From an uncultured Gammaproteobacteria bacterium (GTDB taxonomy: Bacteria; Patescibacteriota; Patescibacteriia; SG8-24), in NCBI GenBank assembly GCA_964491475.1, contig CAZBFO010000001.1, forward strand, positions 8,605 through 72,604: a stretch of 64,000 nt of DNA, in the 5' to 3' direction. Position 1 is the stretch's first letter, and each line of letters starts with the position of its first letter. Below, in pieces: positions 58,114 through 64,000 of the stretch. The notes below the pieces were generated by a model that made no database searches, had not been told where the DNA came from, and saw nothing but the letters and a program-made list of their open reading frames with translations. The position numbers were made by a program, and so were the translations under genes.

Positions 58114-59487
58114 ATGCATCGCCATTCTTTTGCCGTCAATTTGGCCGCCGCCTTCGTTTTTGCCGGTGCCGGAGTCAGCTTTGCCGTCATGCAGGCGCAT
58201 TGGATGAACGGGGCTTCAACCGCCGAGGCCGTCGAGGCGGCACAGGCCGCCAGGGAAAACGCCGCCTTGCTGCCGACCCCAGCTCCCGATGAGGGAAGGG
58301 CAGGAAAGTTCATCGTCGTCTTCAAGGACGAGGTTTCAGACGTCGACTTGGCCGAGGAAAATCTCGTTTCAACCCACGGTCTGGGCAAGACCCATTCGTT
58401 CCGAAACGCCGTGCGCGGTTTTTCGGCCGACTTTCCGGCGGGCAAGCTTGCCAAGATCAAGGCCGATCCCCGCGTGGCTTTCGTGAGCGAAGACCTTCCG
58501 GTGCAGGCGGAAATGATGCCGCAGGCGGGAGGAAATGCCGGACCGAAGGCCGATGCCCTGGTGGTCACGCAGCCGGCACAGTCGTCCCCGACGGGCATCG
58601 CGCGCATCGGCGCCGGCAAGCTGGCCAACAAGGGGACCGGCATCGGCGTGGCGGTGATCGATACCGGCATCGACCTTTCCCACCCGGACCTGGCCGCCAA
58701 CGTCGTAGCCAACGTCAACTGCCTCAACAGCAAGAAGTCCGGACAAGACGACAACGGCCACGGTTCGCACGTTGCCGGCACCATCGCCGCGCTGGACAAC
58801 GCCATCGGCGTCGTCGGCGTCGCGCCGGAAGCGAAGCTGGCCGCGGTCAAAGTGCTCGACAGCGCCGGGTCGGGCAGCTGGTCCTCGGTCATCTGCGGCC
58901 TGGATTGGGCCACCGCCAACGCCGCGCGCTACAACCTCAAGGTCGTGAACATGAGCTTGGGCGGCAGCGGCAGCAGCGACAACAACTGTGGCAACACCAA
59001 CAACGACGCTTTGCACAAGGCTATCTGCCGGGCGCGAAACGCGGGACTCACCGTGGTGGTCGCCGCCGGCAACAGTGCCGCAGACGCGGCGACGTCCGTT
59101 CCTTCCGCCTATGACGATGCGGTCATCACCGTCTCGGCGCTGGCCGACTCCGACGGCAAACCGGGCGGGCTTGGCGCGGCCACTTCGTACGGCAAGGACG
59201 ACAGCTTTGCCAGCTTCAGCAACTACGGGGCGGCGGTCGACATCGGTGCGCCCGGCGTGAATATCCTTTCGACTTGGCTGGGCGGCAAGTACAACACCTT
59301 GAGCGGCACCAGCATGGCGACGCCGCATGTGTCCGGTTCGGCCGCGCTGTACATCAAGTCGCATCCCGGATCTACCTGGTCGCAGGTGCGCGACGGACTC
59401 CGTGCCGCAGGTGAGGCGCTCAACGCGGGACACTCGGACACGTCCGGGAAACATCCGGAACCTGTCGTGAATGCCTCCGCGCTCTAG
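58114..59487 (+). CDS. Subtilisin-like S8 serine protease with I9 propeptide, paralog 2
   Basis: The ATG at 58114 gives signal peptide MHRHSFAVNLAAAFVFAGAGVSFA. The D/H/S triad blocks are nearly identical to paralog 1 (GQDDNGHGSHVAGTIAALDNAIGVVGVAP). Confidence 0.85.
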   Translation: MHRHSFAVNLAAAFVFAGAGVSFAVMQAHWMNGASTAEAVEAAQAARENAALLPTPAPDEGRAGKFIVVFKDEVSDVDLAEENLVSTHGLGKTHSFRNAVRGFSADFPAGKLAKIKADPRVAFVSEDLPVQAEMMPQAGGNAGPKADALVVTQPAQSSPTGIARIGAGKLANKGTGIGVAVIDTGIDLSHPDLAANVVANVNCLNSKKSGQDDNGHGSHVAGTIAALDNAIGVVGVAPEAKLAAVKVLDSAGSGSWSSVICGLDWATANAARYNLKVVNMSLGGSGSSDNNCGNTNNDALHKAICRARNAGLTVVVAAGNSAADAATSVPSAYDDAVITVSALADSDGKPGGLGAATSYGKDDSFASFSNYGAAVDIGAPGVNILSTWLGGKYNTLSGTSMATPHVSGSAALYIKSHPGSTWSQVRDGLRAAGEALNAGHSDTSGKHPEPVVNASAL

Positions 59488-59489
59488 TC

Positions 59490-59525
59490 ATAAAACTCCC
59501 TCGGAAACGGGGGAGTTTTTGTGTG
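59490..59525 (+). terminator. Rho-independent terminator after subtilisin 2
   Basis: AACTCCCTCGGAAACGGGGGAGTT + TTTGTG. Confidence 0.5.
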
Positions 59526-59655
59526 GGTAAGTGGTATACGCGGAATCGTAAAAAAGGTATACTTTCGCCGAAGTACCGGAACGGCGTGGTGAGCTTATTT
59601 GCACGCCTGACCTGTGCATAACTTTTTAATTACTCAGTTAAGTTTCACTTTTTTT

Positions 59656-61704
59656 ATGAAACTTCGACTATCGCTCGCGGCTGCAGCCGCCGGCATCCTG
59701 TTCGTGGCCAGTTCGGCCTTCGCGCAGGTGGCACCTCCGGTCGTCACCGGCTTAAGTGACGATTTTACGCCGCATCGCAGCAAGACCTGGACGTGGTCTT
59801 CGACGCCGTCCGCCGGTGCCACGTATCGCTTCAAGATCGACAAGACGCCGCACTACGACACTTGGCCGGCGACGTGCGTCAACCATGATCACGACCACGA
59901 TCAGGGTTATGACGACGAGCACCATGTCGGCCACTTCCGCGAGGGCCACTGGGGAAATTTCTTCGGTTGCGATGACGCCTTCGGCAACAAGACGCACGCC
60001 ACCAAGCACTCCGGCAACGGCCACTATTGGCTGCACGTCCAGGCGCACACCGATGACGGCGGCGACGGCCCTATCGTCGACGTCGAGGCCGTTCTCGACA
60101 ACGAGAGGCCGAAAATCGCCAAGCATCCCGATCTCCTGGTCGATCAGGCCGGTGACCTGACGACGGTCCTCTACGACCTGCCGACCGCCACCGACAACAT
60201 CGATCCGGCAGTGACGGTCAGCTGTTTGCCGGCTTCTGGCAGCGGTTTTGCGCCAGGTCGTCACTACGTGCTCTGCACCGCCACGGACACGGCGGGCAAC
60301 AAGGCGCGCAGCAAGTTCAGGGTGACGGTCCGCAACTACGAGAATCCCGTCATTACCTTGGCATTCGACACGGCCCCTTGCGGGACCGATCCCGAATGCG
60401 TGCTTGATGCCACGCAGACCGGCGGCGCCACCGTCGCGTACCATGTCGTGTCGGTCGTCGATCCCGGTCATCTCTACACACCGGACCAGGTCAGCTGTTC
60501 CCCCGCTTCGCCGTTCCTGTTCCCGAACAACGTGACGACGCCGATCATCTGCTCGATCAACGTCAATCATCACAAGGTGTTCGAGGAAACTCCGGCAAGC
60601 GTGACAGTCAACAACACCGCGCTGCCGATCATCCACCTTCACGGCAACGCCTCGGTCTCGCTGGCGGTGAACGGCATCTACTTCGAGCAGGGCGCCCTCG
60701 TCACTGACGTCATCGACGCTTCCGTCGACACCACGGTGGACTCCACTGACGGCCCGCTCAAGGTGACCATCTCCGGCAACGTCGACACGCATCACTCCGG
60801 CGTCTACTACGTCCACTACAACGCCACCAACTCCAACGGCCTTGATGCCACCGAAGTCATCCGCACCATTACCGTCGGTGCGGGCGGCACGACGGGGGGC
60901 AGCGGTAGCGGAGGCGGGGGAGGCGGGGGAGGCGGTGGGGGCAGCAGCAGCGGCTCCAACACCACCGGCCAGTCGTTTGCTCCTATCGACAACAGCAAAC
61001 CGCCGACCACTTCTGGCGGTGAGAACAAGCCCAAGACGAACAACGACAACGGCTGCACCAGCACGAACCCGATCCTGTTCACGCGCAGCCTGCGCCTGGG
61101 CTCGACCGGCGACGACGTCAGGCGCCTGCAGCAGTTCCTGAACACCCACGGCTTCCCGGTCGCCGCCTCCGGCCCCGGTTCCGCGGGCAATGAGACCAAC
61201 CAGTACACGGATGCGGTCGCCGCGGCAGTCAAGAAGTTCCAGGAGGCTCACCCCAAGGAAATCCTGATTCCGCAGCACATCACCGTCGGTACGGGCCACT
61301 TCCTCTCCTTCACGCTCCGCTACGCGAACAGCGTGCTCAAGGCCGAGGCCACCGTCTGCCCGACGACGACCCCTCCGCCGACCACCACTACGCTGCCGCC
61401 GGTGACACCGACCGCGAAACCGATCCTGTTCACGCGCAGCCTGCGCCTGGGCTCGACAGGCGACGACGTCAGGCGCCTGCAGCAGTTCCTGAACACCCAC
61501 GGCTTCCCGGTCGCCGCCTCCGGCCCCGGCTCCGCGGGCAACGAGACGACTACGTTCACCCAGGCCGTGAAGGACGCGCTGATCAAGTTCCAGGAGGCCC
61601 ACCCGAACGAGATCCTGATTCCGCAGGGCATCACGGCGGGAACCGGCAACTTCTACTCCTTCACCAGGAGCTACGTCAACTCGCTCCTTCAGGCAGGTCA
61701 ATAA
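59656..61704 (+). CDS. Secreted surface protein with Ig-like (HYR/DUF5011-like) domains, poly-Gly linker and two tandem peptidoglycan-binding modules
   Basis: Signal peptide MKLRLSLAAAAAGILFVASSAFA. His/Asp-rich region. Linker GGTTGGSGSGGGGGGGGGGGSSSG. Two nearly identical repeats PILFTRSLRLGSTGDDVRRLQQFLNTHGFPVAASGPGSAGNET. Confidence 0.7.
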   Translation: MKLRLSLAAAAAGILFVASSAFAQVAPPVVTGLSDDFTPHRSKTWTWSSTPSAGATYRFKIDKTPHYDTWPATCVNHDHDHDQGYDDEHHVGHFREGHWGNFFGCDDAFGNKTHATKHSGNGHYWLHVQAHTDDGGDGPIVDVEAVLDNERPKIAKHPDLLVDQAGDLTTVLYDLPTATDNIDPAVTVSCLPASGSGFAPGRHYVLCTATDTAGNKARSKFRVTVRNYENPVITLAFDTAPCGTDPECVLDATQTGGATVAYHVVSVVDPGHLYTPDQVSCSPASPFLFPNNVTTPIICSINVNHHKVFEETPASVTVNNTALPIIHLHGNASVSLAVNGIYFEQGALVTDVIDASVDTTVDSTDGPLKVTISGNVDTHHSGVYYVHYNATNSNGLDATEVIRTITVGAGGTTGGSGSGGGGGGGGGGGSSSGSNTTGQSFAPIDNSKPPTTSGGENKPKTNNDNGCTSTNPILFTRSLRLGSTGDDVRRLQQFLNTHGFPVAASGPGSAGNETNQYTDAVAAAVKKFQEAHPKEILIPQHITVGTGHFLSFTLRYANSVLKAEATVCPTTTPPPTTTTLPPVTPTAKPILFTRSLRLGSTGDDVRRLQQFLNTHGFPVAASGPGSAGNETTTFTQAVKDALIKFQEAHPNEILIPQGITAGTGNFYSFTRSYVNSLLQAGQ

Positions 61705-61771
61705 GGCGTACGTCACCCCTTCCATCACGGCATCCTTCGGGGTGCCGTGATGGATGCGATAAGAGAACCCT

Positions 61772-62986
61772 ATGAAAGCCGATGCTGTTGAACAGGAACT
61801 TGCGCGCGGTCAGGGACTTTCGATCATAGCTCTCGTCGACGGCCTCATTCAGAAGGCGAAAACGCTCAACGCATCCGACATCCACATGGATCCCACCAAG
61901 GAGGGGATTCACGTCCGATATCGCGTTGACGGCATCCTCCAGGACATCTACCACCTCCCGACCTCGGTGCAGGCCGAGGTGGTCGCCCGCGTCAAGGTGC
62001 TCGCGAGCCTGCGTACGGACGAGCATCAGCTGACGCAGGACGGTCGCTTCCGGCATCGGCTGCCCGACGGGGAATCCGTCGACCTCCGCGTGTCCATCGC
62101 GCCGACGTACCGCGGCGAGGACGTGGAGATGCGCATCCTGGTCGAAGACACCGTGCCCATGACCTTGGAGGGTCTGGGTTTCAGCAAAAAGGACAGGGAG
62201 AAAATCGAGGCGACGCTCAACGAGTCCAGCGGCATGATTTTGGCGACCGGGCCGACCGGCTCCGGCAAGACCACCACGCTGCACACGCTGCTGCGGATGC
62301 TCAACAAGCCCGAGGTGGCCATCATCACGCTCGAAGATCCCATCGAGTACGCCGTCGACGGCGTCGAGCAGATTCAGGTCAACGCTTCTGCCGGCCTCAC
62401 TTTCGCCAACGGCCTGCGCAGCATCCTGCGCCAGGACCCCAACATCATCATGGTCGGCGAAATCCGCGACATGGAAACCGCCGGCATCTGCATCAACACG
62501 GCGCTGTCGGGACACTTGCTGCTCTCCACGCTGCACACCAACGACGCGGCCACGACCTTGCCGCGCCTGCTCGACATGAAGGTCGAGCCGTTTCTCCTTT
62601 CTTCGACCATCCGCCTGGCCATCGGCCAGCGCCTGGTGCGCAAGGTCTGCGCGAGCTGCAGGAAAAAGGAGACGGTCACCGAGGCGATGGCCGAGGGCCT
62701 CAAGGAGCTGCCGCTGGTCAGTCCCGTGAAGGCCGGCGAGACCTTCTATCGCGGCAGCGGCTGCGACGACTGCGAGAAGAGCGGTTACCGCGGGCGCACC
62801 ACCATCTGCGAGGTGCTGGTGGCGGACGAGGGCATCCGCGACGCCATCCTGAACCGCGTCTCCGCTGCGGAACTGAAACGGCTGGCAATGCAGAACGGCA
62901 TGACCACCATGATCGATGACGGCTTCGAAAAGGTCCGGTCCGGCCTGACCACGACGGAAGAAGTACTTCGCGTCATCCATGACTAA
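61772..62986 (+). CDS. Short GspE/PilB-family ATPase lacking N1 domain (ComGA-like)
   Basis: Walker A GPTGSGKTTT, Asp/His boxes, and tetracysteine CASC...CDDCEKSGY. It is 404 aa, against 592 aa for pilB. Confidence 0.85.
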   Translation: MKADAVEQELARGQGLSIIALVDGLIQKAKTLNASDIHMDPTKEGIHVRYRVDGILQDIYHLPTSVQAEVVARVKVLASLRTDEHQLTQDGRFRHRLPDGESVDLRVSIAPTYRGEDVEMRILVEDTVPMTLEGLGFSKKDREKIEATLNESSGMILATGPTGSGKTTTLHTLLRMLNKPEVAIITLEDPIEYAVDGVEQIQVNASAGLTFANGLRSILRQDPNIIMVGEIRDMETAGICINTALSGHLLLSTLHTNDAATTLPRLLDMKVEPFLLSSTIRLAIGQRLVRKVCASCRKKETVTEAMAEGLKELPLVSPVKAGETFYRGSGCDDCEKSGYRGRTTICEVLVADEGIRDAILNRVSAAELKRLAMQNGMTTMIDDGFEKVRSGLTTTEEVLRVIHD

Positions 62987-64000
62987 CCCCACGCCATCAA
63001 AGAACCCCGGTGCCGCGCTCCCCCGGAAGGCGCGCTCGCTTGAGGATGCCCCCGCATTCAAGGGCGTGAAGGGCTTTTTCCTCAATGCGTATTATCGGCT
63101 GGAAGACTTCAACGGCGCGCACCTGTCCGCGCGCGACCGCGCCTTCTTCGCCAAGCGGCTGGCCTTCCTGATCAGCGGCGACGTGCCGCTCTTGGAGAGC
63201 CTCAAGATGATGCGCGGGCAGTCGCACGTCAACAAGTACAGCCGCGTGCTCGATACCATCATCGCGGACGTTTCCAACGGGCAGGAGGTCTCGCAGAGCA
63301 TCCGGAAGTTCCCCGGCATGTTCGACGACTTCGCCATCAACATCATCAAGGTGGGGGAGAGCAGCGGCATCTTGAGCCAGAACCTCAACTACCTTTCCGA
63401 CGAGCTCAAGAAGAAGAGCGCGCTGCACGGCAAGCTGATCGGTTCGCTGATCTATCCCGCGCTGGTGACCGTCGCGACCTTGGGCATCACCGTCTTCCTG
63501 ACGGTCTACCTGTTTCCCAAGATCATGCCGGTGTTCTTGAGCCTCAACATGAAGCTGCCGTTCAGCACCCGGGTGCTGATTGCCGTCAGCATGTTCGTGC
63601 GAAAGTGGGGGCTGCAGATCTTGGGCGTGGTCGTCGTGACCGGCACCGTCTCGGCCGTGCTGTATCGGCGAGTGCGCGCCTATCGCATGTTCATGGAGCG
63701 GATGCTGCTGCGTCTGCCCGGCATCGGCATAATGGTCGAGTACTACAACTTGGCGAACTTCTGCCGCACGCTGGGGCTGCTGCTCAAGAGCGGACTGACC
63801 TTGAGCATGGGCCTGACCATCGCCTCGGAAACCAGCGGCAATTTGGTGTACAAGAACCAGTTCAACCGCATGCGCGAGGCGATCGCGCGCGGCGAAACGC
63901 TGGCCGCCTACCTGAACGCCAATCCCGGGCTTTTTTCGGACGTCCTGTCGCAGATGGTCGCGGTGGGCGAGCGCAGCGGCAACTTGGCCAACGCGCTGCT
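62979..64000 (+). CDS. GspF/PilC-family platform protein (ComGB-like), 5' portion; runs off window end
   Basis: Hand-translated: ATG at 62979 overlaps the upstream stop (ATGACTAA). The GspF domain FFAKRLAFLISGDVPLLESLKMMRG... is followed by TM segments LIYPALVTVATLGITVFLTVYLF. It is absent from the ORF track because no stop falls inside the window. Confidence 0.75.
   Translation, partial: MTNPTPSKNPGAALPRKARSLEDAPAFKGVKGFFLNAYYRLEDFNGAHLSARDRAFFAKRLAFLISGDVPLLESLKMMRGQSHVNKYSRVLDTIIADVSNGQEVSQSIRKFPGMFDDFAINIIKVGESSGILSQNLNYLSDELKKKSALHGKLIGSLIYPALVTVATLGITVFLTVYLFPKIMPVFLSLNMKLPFSTRVLIAVSMFVRKWGLQILGVVVVTGTVSAVLYRRVRAYRMFMERMLLRLPGIGIMVEYYNLANFCRTLGLLLKSGLTLSMGLTIASETSGNLVYKNQFNRMREAIARGETLAAYLNANPGLFSDVLSQMVAVGERSGNLANAL

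Overview
This is a high-GC (about 65%) bacterial window that is densely coded, almost entirely on the + strand. Antisense ORFs are treated as GC artefacts. A complete type IV pilus (T4P) locus occupies 5.1-17.2 kb. Its order is pilM-pilN-pilO-small TM protein-pilB-CheY-like response regulator-pilC-three tandem major pilins-pilD-four minor pilins (GspH/PilV/PilW/PilX-like). No pilT or secretin lies within the locus. Two giant Cys/Asp-rich secreted repeat proteins, with MopE-like and thrombospondin type-3-like Ca-binding repeats, sit immediately upstream of it. Housekeeping genes follow: ligA-gatC-gatA, lgt, a membrane-fused spermidine-synthase-like gene, tgt-queA, dnaG-rpoD (rpoD carries a histone H1-like K/A-rich N-terminal tail), a CPBP protease and guaA. 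There is an intron-less tRNA-Ser(GGA) on the minus strand. There is also a tRNA interrupted by a roughly 263-nt group I intron, 76 nt once spliced, with Asn(GUU) versus Asp(GUC) ambiguous. Directly downstream of that tRNA is a roughly 1.7-kb low-GC islet carrying a FicT/FicA-like toxin-antitoxin pair. Other notable content is a three-gene membrane module with a minimal MotA/TolQ/ExbB-like channel and a TolR/ExbD-like partner. There are two paralogous S8 subtilisins in inverted orientation. There are Rpf-like and PG-binding surface proteins. A second minimal GspE/GspF (ComGA/ComGB-like) ATPase-platform pair runs off the 3' end of the window. Promoters appear to share an extended -10 motif, TGCTAYAMT, often leaving leaderless or very short leaders. 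The lineage cannot be named from sequence alone. The monoderm-style pilus locus, tRNA intron and weak or absent SD sequences are compatible with a Patescibacteria/CPR-like or other monoderm organism, but that is inference.
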